The notes beneath the pieces were generated by a model. That model made no database searches. It was given only the letters and a program-made list of their open reading frames with translations, and was not told the DNA's origin. Of a stretch of DNA of 64,000 nt, positions 21,684-31,466 are shown one piece after another (the stretch's first letter is position 1; every line of letters begins with the position of its first letter). The translations under genes and the position numbers were made by a program. Source of the stretch: an uncultured Aliarcobacter sp. (GTDB taxonomy: Bacteria; Campylobacterota; Campylobacteria; Campylobacterales; Arcobacteraceae); assembly GCA_963677435.1 (NCBI GenBank), contig OY781945.1, positions 2,528,001-2,592,000 on the forward strand, given 5' to 3'.

Positions 21684-24170
21684 TTAATCTTTTTCATTTT
21701 TTGCAAGTCCAGATAAAATAGCTACTAGAATTAAACTGTAAATCCAACCAAATAATATTTCAAACCACATTAACCAAAGAGTAACATCATTTAAAGTTCC
21801 ATTATTTGAAGAAATATATTGTCCCCAATCTTTTTCAACTTGTAAATCAACAATTGGTAATATAACATCTAATGAATACATAAAAGGATTAAATGTTGTG
21901 TATTCTTCATCAAGTAGTTTACTATTTGTCCAATTATTACATTCAATTGTATCATCTGTGCATTTGTAATCTTTACTATTAAAAAAATCTCCAATTGCTG
22001 TACCTTCATCTGCAATTTTAACCTTATAATCTTTATATTGAAAAATTAAAGGATTACTTGGTGCAAAAACTGCAACACTTGAAGCTTTCCAATAAAATAA
22101 GCTACAAAGAAACCAAACTATGAACATTGTCCCTAAAACTTTCATAGGTTTGTAACCATATCCAGCAGTTTTTCCGTATATCCATTTTAAAATAGATATA
22201 AATAATCTATCACAAGTAAGAAAATCTTTTTTTCTAAGTTCATCATTATATTTAATCATAATATTATTAGCATCTTCATTATGTCCCATATTTCGTAAAA
22301 CTTTTGCTAATTGTTTATAAGGTTGTGGTTTAAATTCTGGCATTTTCCCAAGCCATTGAAGAAATATTTTAGAATCTAAGTTTATTCCAGATATATGATT
22401 GTATTCAAGTCCATCTAAATAAAGTTGACCAAATTCTTCTTTTTCAATTAACTGAAGTTCATTTACTTTTACTGATAACAAACTTAAATTACATCCTTTG
22501 TTTAAATTTAAAAAAGATAATAAATATTTAATTTGCACATAATAAAAATTAATAGTCCCAACATTAATAAATCCATCATTCAAAAATACACTTCCACCAA
22601 CTGTCATTTGAAAACAATTAAGAGATAATCCCTCTTCATTTATAAATTTACCATTAGTACATTCAAAATTACTTCCTATTTTAGAACCAATAAAATTAAC
22701 TTCTCCTATTGATTCAAAATTATTTCTTAAAAAAACTCCTTTTTGAACTACTGAGCCATTACAATTTAATGATATTTTCCCATCATTTATAAATTTACTA
22801 TTTGTACAATCAAAATTATTTCCAATTTGAGCACCAATAAAATTAACTTCCCCTATTGATTCAAAATTATTTCTTAAAAAAACTCCTTTTTGAACTACTG
22901 AGCCATTACAATTTAATGATATTTTCCCATCATTTATAAATTTACCATTAGTACAATCTAAAATATTCCCTATTTGAGAACTAATAAAATTAATTTCTCC
23001 TTTAGATCTAAAATTATTATTTAAAAAAACATTCCCTTCTATTATTGAAGCACTACAAATTAATGATATATTATTTTCTAATCCACATATAAATTCAGAA
23101 TTTGAACAATCTAAACTAGCTAATTTTGAAGCTATAAAATTAACTTCTCCTTCTGATAAAAAGCCATTTCTTAAAAATACTGTACCTTCAACTTTTATTC
23201 CATTACAATTTAATGATATTCCATTTTTATTAATAAATTTTCCATCGCTACAGTCTAAAATACCGCCTATTTTTAAATTTATAAAATTAACTTCTCCTTT
23301 TGATAAAAAGCCATTTCTTAAAAATACAGAACCTTGAACTTCTGCTCCATTACCATTTAATGTTATTTCATTATCTTGTTCATTAAAAAATTCTCCATTA
23401 TCACATTCTAAATTCTTTTTAATTTGTGCAGAGGCAAAATTAACTTTACCAATAGAAGTAAAACCTTCTTTCAAAAATATACTACCATCAATCATTGAAC
23501 CATTAAAATTTAAACTTATTTTATTTTTATTAATGTATTTACCACTACAATAAATTGATTTATTGATTTTAGAATTGATAAAACTAATTTCTCCAATTGA
23601 TTCAAAATTACCTTTTAGAATTACATTTCCTAGTATTCTTGCATTATTAAGATTTAATGAATAATTATTTTCATTAATAAATCTACTATCATTACAAATT
23701 AAAGAACCGTTAATTTCTGAATTAACAAAATTAATTTCTCCTTTTGATTCAAAATCATTGCAAAGAAAAATATTCTTTCTGCAAACTAAATTAAAAGCTT
23801 CTATTGAAGAACAAAAACTGCCACTAAAATCTATTTCTTCAATTTTAGACTTCATTATAAAAATTTGATTTTCAAAAGTTGATTTTAGAAATCCAAATGG
23901 TAAATTTGTTTCTTGAATAGAAAAATCAAATATTCCACAAATATAAGCGGCTTGAAAATTAATTCCTTGTGAATTTATTTTTAAAACATATTTTTTACCA
24001 TTTTCCTCTATCTCTTTATTATTACTCAAAATTAAAGCTCTTAAAAACTCTCCTCTAATTTCATTATCTATTGTTTTTTCTATTGGACGAGTATCTCCTA
24101 AATAAAGCATCTCTCCTTTTTGACAAGCATCCAAAAGTCTTTTTTCTGCCACTAACATATTTGAAAACAT
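21684..24170 (-). CDS. Repeat-rich (beta-solenoid-like) membrane protein of unknown function
   Basis: Eight ~49-aa repeats (FxSxGExNF...I...LxC.NGKFIN...SLNCNG..V.G.VFL), then PQPYKQLA, GYGYKP, hydrophobic helices and YSLDVILPIVDL. Confidence 0.8.
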   Translation of the reverse strand: MFSNMLVAEKRLLDACQKGEMLYLGDTRPIEKTIDNEIRGEFLRALILSNNKEIEENGKKYVLKINSQGINFQAAYICGIFDFSIQETNLPFGFLKSTFENQIFIMKSKIEEIDFSGSFCSSIEAFNLVCRKNIFLCNDFESKGEINFVNSEINGSLICNDSRFINENNYSLNLNNARILGNVILKGNFESIGEISFINSKINKSIYCSGKYINKNKISLNFNGSMIDGSIFLKEGFTSIGKVNFASAQIKKNLECDNGEFFNEQDNEITLNGNGAEVQGSVFLRNGFLSKGEVNFINLKIGGILDCSDGKFINKNGISLNCNGIKVEGTVFLRNGFLSEGEVNFIASKLASLDCSNSEFICGLENNISLICSASIIEGNVFLNNNFRSKGEINFISSQIGNILDCTNGKFINDGKISLNCNGSVVQKGVFLRNNFESIGEVNFIGAQIGNNFDCTNSKFINDGKISLNCNGSVVQKGVFLRNNFESIGEVNFIGSKIGSNFECTNGKFINEEGLSLNCFQMTVGGSVFLNDGFINVGTINFYYVQIKYLLSFLNLNKGCNLSLLSVKVNELQLIEKEEFGQLYLDGLEYNHISGINLDSKIFLQWLGKMPEFKPQPYKQLAKVLRNMGHNEDANNIMIKYNDELRKKDFLTCDRLFISILKWIYGKTAGYGYKPMKVLGTMFIVWFLCSLFYWKASSVAVFAPSNPLIFQYKDYKVKIADEGTAIGDFFNSKDYKCTDDTIECNNWTNSKLLDEEYTTFNPFMYSLDVILPIVDLQVEKDWGQYISSNNGTLNDVTLWLMWFEILFGWIYSLILVAILSGLAKNEKD
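22572..23753 (-). repeat. Intragenic tandem repeat, eight units of ~147 bp
   Basis: Protein-level repeats; 22705-22798 is identical to 22852-22945. Confidence 0.85.
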
Positions 24171-24218
24171 AATTTTCCTTTTAAATTTTATTTATCATTT
24201 TTTACAGATTTTGAATAA

Positions 24219-25229
24219 TCAAATCCCTAAAACATCTCTTTCAATTTCTCTTTTTAGTTCTTCTTCCGTTGGCAAATAAAGCTGATATTTTGATACAAAA
24301 AGATTATCTTTGCTATTTATATGTGAGTATTTTACAATGGTTTCATATTTATCTGTGCATAAAATTATCCCAATAGTTGGATTATCGCTTTCATTTTTTT
24401 CCAAATCATCGTACATATTTACGTACATATCTATTTGTCCAATATCTTGATGGGTTAGTTTTCCTATTTTTAAATCCACAAGTATAAAACATTTTAAAAG
24501 ATAGTTATAAAAAACTAAGTCTATATAAAAATCACTTGTTTGGGTTTTGATTCTTTTTTGTCGTGATACAAATGCAAAACCACGACCTAGTTCTAGTAAA
24601 AATTCTTGTATTTTTTCTAGCAAGGCACGTTCAAGTTCATTTTCTCTAAATGATTTATTATCTTTTAAATCTAAAAATTCCAATACATAAGGGTCTTTGA
24701 TAATATCTTTTGCTGTAAGTTGTAGATTTTTTGTATTTTCTTTTGCTTCTTGAATAACTGGCTGTTTTTCTTGACTCGATATAAGTCTTTCATAATGAAG
24801 TGAATTTATTTGTCGCTCTAATGCTCTTACACTCCAGTTTGAAGCGATTGTTTCTTGAATATAATAATCTCTTGCTTTTTCATTTTCAATTCTCATGACA
24901 AGTCGATAATGATTCCAACTCAATTGGTCACACAGTGTGTGGCAATTTAAAAAGACTAAATAAAACTGCCTCTTATTTCTAAGATTTTGTGGAGTAAATC
25001 CACTTCCAAAATCAACAGTTAGTTGTTTTGATAATTCACTTATAAGATTTGAACCATATTTTGCTTTTGTCTCTCCATTTTGTTCAACTTCTACTATTTT
25101 TTTACCAATATTCCAGTAGGCTTCTACCATTATAAAATTTACAGATTTGTAGGCATTATCTCTTGCTGTTTGTAAAATAGATTTAATATCATGATAAAAA
25201 CTGTTTTGTGTTTGCAATACTTCTTTCAT
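24219..25229 (-). CDS. YhcG/DUF1016-family PD-(D/E)XK nuclease-domain protein
   Basis: AYWNIGKKI, LSWNHY, WSVRALERQI, IKDPYVLEFL, FLLELGRGFAF, IDLVFY, VDLK, GQIDMY, PTIGIILC. Confidence 0.9.
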   Translation of the reverse strand: MKEVLQTQNSFYHDIKSILQTARDNAYKSVNFIMVEAYWNIGKKIVEVEQNGETKAKYGSNLISELSKQLTVDFGSGFTPQNLRNKRQFYLVFLNCHTLCDQLSWNHYRLVMRIENEKARDYYIQETIASNWSVRALERQINSLHYERLISSQEKQPVIQEAKENTKNLQLTAKDIIKDPYVLEFLDLKDNKSFRENELERALLEKIQEFLLELGRGFAFVSRQKRIKTQTSDFYIDLVFYNYLLKCFILVDLKIGKLTHQDIGQIDMYVNMYDDLEKNESDNPTIGIILCTDKYETIVKYSHINSKDNLFVSKYQLYLPTEEELKREIERDVLGI

Positions 25230-25454
25230 CTATAAATTCCTTTTCTATTCTTTTAAAACTAATAACCTATTATACTAAATATAAATCATAATTAAATAAT
25301 TTATATAAATTACTTATCAACACAAATTAGAGCAATAACAAATACAATATTTAGCAATATTAAACAATTATTACAGCAAGCATTAAGAAGATTAAAATTA
25401 AAAAAAACTCTACAATTTCTCCAGATTAAAAAACATTTATTTAAAAGGCAAAGC

Positions 25455-26906
25455 ATGGCAAAGATAAAAAAAGTACTTATTGCAAATAGAGGTGAAATAG
25501 CTCTTAGAATCATTAGAGCCTGTAAAGAGCTAGAAATTGGAAGTGTTGCTATATTCTCTGAAGTTGATGTTGAGGGTATTTGGGTTAGAAAAGCTGATGA
25601 ATGTTATCCAATCATGGGTGATTTAATTCAAGCATACCTTGACTATGACAGAATTATTTCAATTGCTAAAAAAGCAGATTGTGATGCTATTCACCCAGGT
25701 TATGGATTTTTAAGTGAAAATGCTGATTTTGCAAGAGCATGTGAAGAAAATGGAATTATTTTTATTGGACCAAAACCTGAACATATAGAACTTTTTGGTG
25801 ATAAAATGGCTTCAAAAGTTGCTATGAAAAAAGTTGGAGTTCCAGTACTTGAGGGAACTGATGAACCAATCGTTAATATTAATGAAGGTGAAAAAATCGC
25901 TAGAGAAATCGGTTTTCCAGTAATCATCAAAGCTGCATTTGGTGGTGGTGGAAGAGGAATGAGAATAGTAAAAGCTGAAAAAGATTTTAAAGAAATGTTT
26001 GAAAGTGCTACAAATGAATCTATGAAATATTTTGGAAGAAATGAAGTTTTCATCGAAAAATATGTAGAAAATCCAAGACATATCGAAATTCAAGTAATTG
26101 CTGATAAATATGGAAATGTTCTTCATTTAGGAGAAAGAGATTGTTCAATCCAAAGAAGACACCAAAAAGTTATCGAAATTGCTCCAAGTCCAAGATTAAA
26201 TAACGAAACTAGAAAAGAACTCTATAGAATTGCTACAAAAGCTATGTTCAAATTAGGTTATGAAAGTGTTGGAACTGTTGAATTTCTAGTTGATGAAAAT
26301 GACAATATTTATTTCATCGAAATGAATACAAGAGTTCAAGTTGAACATCCAGTAACTGAAACAATCACTGGTGTTGATATTATTCAAAGAATGATTGAAA
26401 TCGCAGAAGGTGATAAATTGATATTCTTACAAGAAGAGATTCAATTTAGAGGTTATGCAATTGAGTTCAGAATCAACGCTGAAAATCCACAAAAAAACTT
26501 TATGCCAGGAACTGGAACTGTTAGTAAATATTTAACTCCAGGAGGTCCTGGTGTTAGACTTGATACAAGTATTTATACAGGATATAAAGTTCCTGCAAAC
26601 TATGACTCAATGATTGGAAAACTAATCGTTTGGGCATTAACTTGGGAAGGTGCAGTTAAAAAAGCAAAAAGAGCTTTAGATGAGTTTTATATTGAGGGTT
26701 TCCCAACAAATATTCCACTTCATAGAGAAATCGTAAGGGATGAAGATTTCATCAATGGAACTTTTAATACAAGTTATTTAGATAAAAAAATGGAAATTTT
26801 CACTCTAAATAGTGAAGACAACATAAAAAAAGAAGAAGAAAAGATTGCAAGTATTATGAAACTAATGGAAACTATCAAAAAAAATAATATCAAAGTTAAA
26901 CATTAA
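25455..26906 (+). CDS. Biotin carboxylase subunit (pyruvate carboxylase subunit A or AccC type)
   Basis: IANRGEIA, HPGYGFLSEN, GGGGRGMR, ERDCSIQRRHQK, EMNTRVQVEH. Confidence 0.92.
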   Translation: MAKIKKVLIANRGEIALRIIRACKELEIGSVAIFSEVDVEGIWVRKADECYPIMGDLIQAYLDYDRIISIAKKADCDAIHPGYGFLSENADFARACEENGIIFIGPKPEHIELFGDKMASKVAMKKVGVPVLEGTDEPIVNINEGEKIAREIGFPVIIKAAFGGGGRGMRIVKAEKDFKEMFESATNESMKYFGRNEVFIEKYVENPRHIEIQVIADKYGNVLHLGERDCSIQRRHQKVIEIAPSPRLNNETRKELYRIATKAMFKLGYESVGTVEFLVDENDNIYFIEMNTRVQVEHPVTETITGVDIIQRMIEIAEGDKLIFLQEEIQFRGYAIEFRINAENPQKNFMPGTGTVSKYLTPGGPGVRLDTSIYTGYKVPANYDSMIGKLIVWALTWEGAVKKAKRALDEFYIEGFPTNIPLHREIVRDEDFINGTFNTSYLDKKMEIFTLNSEDNIKKEEEKIASIMKLMETIKKNNIKVKH

Positions 26907-26928
26907 GAATCTCTTTTGAGATTCTTAA
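26903..26928 (+). terminator. Probable terminator hairpin after the biotin carboxylase gene
   Basis: TTAAGAATCTC-TTTT-GAGATTCTTAA. Confidence 0.6.
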
Positions 26929-26979
26929 TTATGTAAATTTATTGGCTATGTTTAATCAAAATAATGCAACAATATTTTT

Positions 26980-27207
26980 ATGAAAGATTTAAAATATTTT
27001 ATTATCAAACTAATTCTTAGCATTATTGTCCTATCTATTGCATTTTTCAATATTGAAAAAAAACCTCCAGTAAATGCAATAAATTTTGATGTAAGTAAAC
27101 AAAATACATCAACAAATGTACCTTCTCAACTTCAATGGCATGACCGTTTTAAAGGTATTGAAAATTTACCTTCAAAACCAAAAACTCCACAAAATGAAAA
27201 TAATTAG
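26980..27207 (+). CDS. Small hypothetical membrane-anchored or exported protein
   Basis: 75-aa ORF with hydrophobic N-terminus filling an intergenic gap. Confidence 0.5.
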   Translation: MKDLKYFIIKLILSIIVLSIAFFNIEKKPPVNAINFDVSKQNTSTNVPSQLQWHDRFKGIENLPSKPKTPQNENN

Positions 27208-27272
27208 TATTTTAGCTTATTATCATATTTTTAATTGTATTATGAATAAACATTGTAATTTTTGAGGAAAAG

Positions 27273-29435
27273 ATGATAAAAAATGATTGTTATAAAATTG
27301 ATGAACAAGATGAAAAAAAAGAGATAGTACTATCATCTATAGAATATAATCAAATTCTGAATATTCAGCAAGAGATATTAGAAATGTTAGCATCTAATTA
27401 CACAACTACTCAAATACTTTCAGAACTATGTTTACATGCAGAAACACTACTTCCTAACTCAGTAGCTTCAATTATGATAAAAGATAAAAATACAGGATTA
27501 ATGAATATTAAATCTGCACCTTCTATTCCTGAAAGTGGACAACAAAAACTTTCAAATTTAGAACCTGGACCTAAAAATGGTTCTTGTGGAAATGCTATAT
27601 TTAAAAATTTACCTCAATTTGTTCAAAATACCTTTATAGATGATAGATGGGAAAATCTACGACAAGTTGCAATTGATTTTAATATTTGTTCTTGTTGGTC
27701 AATACCAATACAAGATAAAGAAAAAAATCCCATTGGCTCATTTGCACTTTCATCTTTTGAACATAAATCCCCAAATCTTTTTCATGTAAAACTACTACGA
27801 ACTGCTTCTTCAATTGTAAGTATTGTTTTAACAAATGAAGAGACAAAAAAAAGAAATAAACTATTTTCAAATGTAATGAAAAACTCTTCAAATCCAATTT
27901 TAATTAGTAATGAAAAAAACTTAATTGTAGAAATAAACCAAGCTGCACTAGATATTTTTGGTTATGAAAAAAGTGAACTTATTGGAAAAAATCCTAAAAT
28001 ATTTGCCTCAAAAAAATATGATAAAAATTTTTATCAAAAGATGTGGAAGGATATTAATATTAACTCAAAATGGACTGGAGAGTTAATTAATAAAAGCAAA
28101 AACGGTTCTTTAATAACTCAATTGGCAAGTATTACTTCCTTAAATGATGAAAATAATTCAGCACACAATTATTTAGCAATGTATCTCGATTTAGGCCAAT
28201 TAAAAGAAGCGCAAAATAAAATGGAATTTATGGTTTACCATGATTCATTAACTAATCTTTATAACAAAAGATATTTAGAAACAATATTAGATACTCAAAA
28301 TGAAAAAAGTTTAATAATTTTAAATATCAATAATTTTAGTTATATAAATACAGCTTATGGATTTGATATTGGTGATGAAATCTTAATAACAGTTGCAAGA
28401 ATATTAGAAAATAATTTCCAAATAGATACCCTTTGTAAAATCAATTCAGATGAATTTGCACTTGTATTTAATAAAAAAATTTCACTTCTTGATAAGATTT
28501 TAAAAATTCAAAAATACTTTATGAAAAATCTAATTAATATAGAAAAAATCAAATTAAATATCACTTTTTCATATGGTGCAGTTTGTGGTAAAGAAACACT
28601 ACTTAGAAAAGCAGCCTCTGCTTTAAAAGAAGCAAAAGAAAAAGGGAAAAATAGATTTGAGATTTTTGATGAAGAAGAAGGTAATATTGATTATTCAAAA
28701 AGAGAAGTATTTATAAAAAGTACAAATCTTATTAAATCAGCACTAGACAATAATCAAATAATCCCATTTTTTCAAGGTATTTATGATAACAATTGTAATA
28801 ATATTACAAAATATGAGGCCTTAGTTAGAATTAAATTAGAAGATAGAATTGTTTCTCCTTATGAATTTTTAGAATCTGCAAAATTATCTGGATTATTACC
28901 AGAAATTACAAAAATCATGATCGACAAAACCCTAAAAATGATGACTACAAATAATTATGAATTTTCAATTAATATTACAGAAGATGATTTAGCTGAGAAT
29001 TATTTGAATGAATATTTAAATGAAAAAATATCTTTTTATAAGATTGATTCAAAAAGAATAATTCTTGAAATATTAGAAGGGGTTAGTTCAAATAGTAAAA
29101 AAAATCACATTAAACAATTAAATCAATTAAAAAAAAATGGATTCAAAATTGCTATTGATGATTTTGGAACTGAATACTCAAATTTTGAAAGAATTCTTGA
29201 TTTAGATATTGATTATATAAAAATAGATGCAAAATACATAAAAGATATTGATACAAATAAAAGAAGTTATGAGATAGTAAGAGCAATAAGTTTTTTTGCA
29301 AAAAATGTAAATATACCTTGTATTGCAGAGTTTGTACATAATGAAAATGTACAAAACACAATTAAAGATCTTGGTATTGCACATTCTCAAGGATACCATT
29401 TCTCGGAGCCTAAAAAAGAGTTAATTAATGTATAA
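27273..29435 (+). CDS. GAF-PAS-GGDEF(degenerate)-EAL protein, probable c-di-GMP phosphodiesterase
   Basis: GAF (GSCGNA, CWSIPI), PAS (GYEKSELIGKN), HDSLTNLYN with INSDEF in place of GGDEF, YEALVR and IDDFGTEYS. Confidence 0.9.
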   Translation: MIKNDCYKIDEQDEKKEIVLSSIEYNQILNIQQEILEMLASNYTTTQILSELCLHAETLLPNSVASIMIKDKNTGLMNIKSAPSIPESGQQKLSNLEPGPKNGSCGNAIFKNLPQFVQNTFIDDRWENLRQVAIDFNICSCWSIPIQDKEKNPIGSFALSSFEHKSPNLFHVKLLRTASSIVSIVLTNEETKKRNKLFSNVMKNSSNPILISNEKNLIVEINQAALDIFGYEKSELIGKNPKIFASKKYDKNFYQKMWKDININSKWTGELINKSKNGSLITQLASITSLNDENNSAHNYLAMYLDLGQLKEAQNKMEFMVYHDSLTNLYNKRYLETILDTQNEKSLIILNINNFSYINTAYGFDIGDEILITVARILENNFQIDTLCKINSDEFALVFNKKISLLDKILKIQKYFMKNLINIEKIKLNITFSYGAVCGKETLLRKAASALKEAKEKGKNRFEIFDEEEGNIDYSKREVFIKSTNLIKSALDNNQIIPFFQGIYDNNCNNITKYEALVRIKLEDRIVSPYEFLESAKLSGLLPEITKIMIDKTLKMMTTNNYEFSINITEDDLAENYLNEYLNEKISFYKIDSKRIILEILEGVSSNSKKNHIKQLNQLKKNGFKIAIDDFGTEYSNFERILDLDIDYIKIDAKYIKDIDTNKRSYEIVRAISFFAKNVNIPCIAEFVHNENVQNTIKDLGIAHSQGYHFSEPKKELINV

Positions 29436-29470
29436 TTACTATAGATTATAAATCAAATAAAAGGAGAGAT

Positions 29471-29908
29471 ATGAAAAAGTTTTTTGCTTTATTTATGTTT
29501 TTAATAAGCATACCAACTATATTATCAGCACAATCAGTTGCCTTAGTTAAATCGGTAAAGGGTGAAGTTAGTGTTACTCATGAAAGTAAAAAGGTTAATA
29601 GCTTAAAAGTTGGGGATAAAATTTTTGTAAAAGATTTTATTAAAACAAGTGAAAATAGTAATATTGGTCTTATTTTTGAAGATAATACATTAATTTCAAT
29701 TGGTTCTAATTCTGAATTTTCAGTTGATGAATATTTATTTGAACCAGCAGATAAAAAAGTAAAATTTGGAAGTAATCTTTTAAAAGGAACTATGGCTTGT
29801 ATCACAGGTCTAATCCCAAAAATCAATCCTAATGCAATGGAAATAAAAACTAAATCTGCATCAATAGGAATTAGAGGTACATATTTTGTAGTGGAGGTTA
29901 AAGAATGA
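29471..29908 (+). CDS. Exported FecR-domain protein
   Basis: Signal peptide, FEDNTLISIG, IKTKSASIGIRGT. Confidence 0.8.
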   Translation: MKKFFALFMFLISIPTILSAQSVALVKSVKGEVSVTHESKKVNSLKVGDKIFVKDFIKTSENSNIGLIFEDNTLISIGSNSEFSVDEYLFEPADKKVKFGSNLLKGTMACITGLIPKINPNAMEIKTKSASIGIRGTYFVVEVKE

Positions 29909-30504
29909 GATATTTAATATCATTTTGCATGTTGATTGGAGTTTTTATTTTTTCAGGTTGTTCTGCAAAAGGAACTCAAATAACACTATTACCTGAAGAA
30001 GATGGAAAAACAGGAGCTATTTCAATTGCAGATAATAAAGGAGTAAACTATAATATTGATAAAGCATATTCATCTTTAGATATATCTCAAAGAGGCGAAA
30101 TACAAAAGAAAGTTGAAACAGAAAAAGCTGTTGAAACAAAATATGCAGAAGTTTTAAACGCCTTACCAAAAAAACCTCAAAGTATTTTATTTTATTTTCC
30201 TAATAATAGTGCAGAGTTAAACAAAACTCAAATTGCAGAGATAAAAAAAGTTAATGATATTATTAATAATAATGATATTATCGAAGTACTATGTATTGGA
30301 CATAGTGATAGTGCAGGAGATAAAGAATATAACAAAACTCTTTCATTTAAAAGAGCACAAAGTGTAGCTAGTATTTTAATGAAAGATATGACTGATAAAT
30401 CTCTAATAAAAGTTGAATACTATGGAGATAGTGATCCATTAGTTAAAACTGCTAACAATGTATCTAATGCAAAAAATAGAAGAGTAGAAATTATCTTAAA
30501 ATAG
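29905..30504 (+). CDS. OmpA-family peptidoglycan-binding lipoprotein
   Basis: Lipobox FSGC, GHSD, NKTLSFKRA, NRRVEI; ATGA overlap with the upstream gene. Confidence 0.88.
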   Translation: MRYLISFCMLIGVFIFSGCSAKGTQITLLPEEDGKTGAISIADNKGVNYNIDKAYSSLDISQRGEIQKKVETEKAVETKYAEVLNALPKKPQSILFYFPNNSAELNKTQIAEIKKVNDIINNNDIIEVLCIGHSDSAGDKEYNKTLSFKRAQSVASILMKDMTDKSLIKVEYYGDSDPLVKTANNVSNAKNRRVEIILK

Positions 30505-30516
30505 ATTCTGCTTTGT

Positions 30517-30540
30517 AAGAGACATCCGTTGATGTCTCTT
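30517..30540. terminator. Intrinsic terminator
   Basis: AAGAGACATC-CGTT-GATGTCTCTT followed by a T run. Confidence 0.8.
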
Positions 30541-30541
30541 T

Positions 30542-31408
30542 TTATTTATTAAATTTTCTTGAAAAAATCGTGAGTGAAATTCCCATAAATATCATCATTG
30601 TTGATAAAAATAGTGTTGAAGTTAAGCTCTCATTTAAAAAAATTATACTAATTACAATAGAGATGATTGGCACAAATAACTGAATTATTCCAGCAGTTAT
30701 AAACTGCATTTTTGGCAAGATTTCATACCATAATAAATAGCCAATTGCTGATGTTAAACTTCCTGATATAAAAGCTAAAATCAAACCTTTTTGAGTTATA
30801 AAAGAGTTTTCTGGTAAAAATAACATATAAAACATCCCTACAAAAATCAGTGATTTTGTAAAATTATCCATAGTATTATATAAAGAATCAAAAGATTTTT
30901 TTCCAAGAACCGTATAAACAGCCCAAGAAATTCCAGCAATTATCATTAAAAAAGCATGAAATAATGAGAGTTCAAAGCTTTGTTTTGGATATAAAAGATA
31001 TATTAATCCAAACATTGCTAAAACAATTCCAGCAATTTTTTGTACATTTATTTTTTCTTTATGAAATAATGAAAATATTATCATTACAAGTTGAACAACA
31101 GCAAAAAGAAGTAAAGTCCCTACTCCTGCATCCATATTCAAAAAAGAGTATGAAAAACATATCGCATATAAAAATAGCATTAAAGAGCTAAGCCAATTTG
31201 ATTTTTTTGAAAAATATATTTTTTTTCTTTTATAAAAAAATATCAAAATTAGAGTGATTGAGCCAAAAAAAAGTCTAAACATCGTAAAAGTGTAAGCATC
31301 AATAAAGTTGTTTGATAAGGCAAATTTACAAAGTATTGAATTAAGTGCTAAAAAAAGCAATGATAACAGTAAAAAGAGAATAAATTTAATATTTAAAGTT
31401 TGATTCAT
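30542..31408 (-). CDS. DMT/EamA-family transporter
   Basis: About 10 hydrophobic helices; WAVYTVLGK, GYLLWY, FLNE. Confidence 0.85.
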   Translation of the reverse strand: MNQTLNIKFILFLLLSLLFLALNSILCKFALSNNFIDAYTFTMFRLFFGSITLILIFFYKRKKIYFSKKSNWLSSLMLFLYAICFSYSFLNMDAGVGTLLLFAVVQLVMIIFSLFHKEKINVQKIAGIVLAMFGLIYLLYPKQSFELSLFHAFLMIIAGISWAVYTVLGKKSFDSLYNTMDNFTKSLIFVGMFYMLFLPENSFITQKGLILAFISGSLTSAIGYLLWYEILPKMQFITAGIIQLFVPIISIVISIIFLNESLTSTLFLSTMMIFMGISLTIFSRKFNK

Positions 31409-31466
31409 TTTTATACTATATCACAAAATTATCTTTTATGATGTAGTATAAATCTGAAAATTCTTT

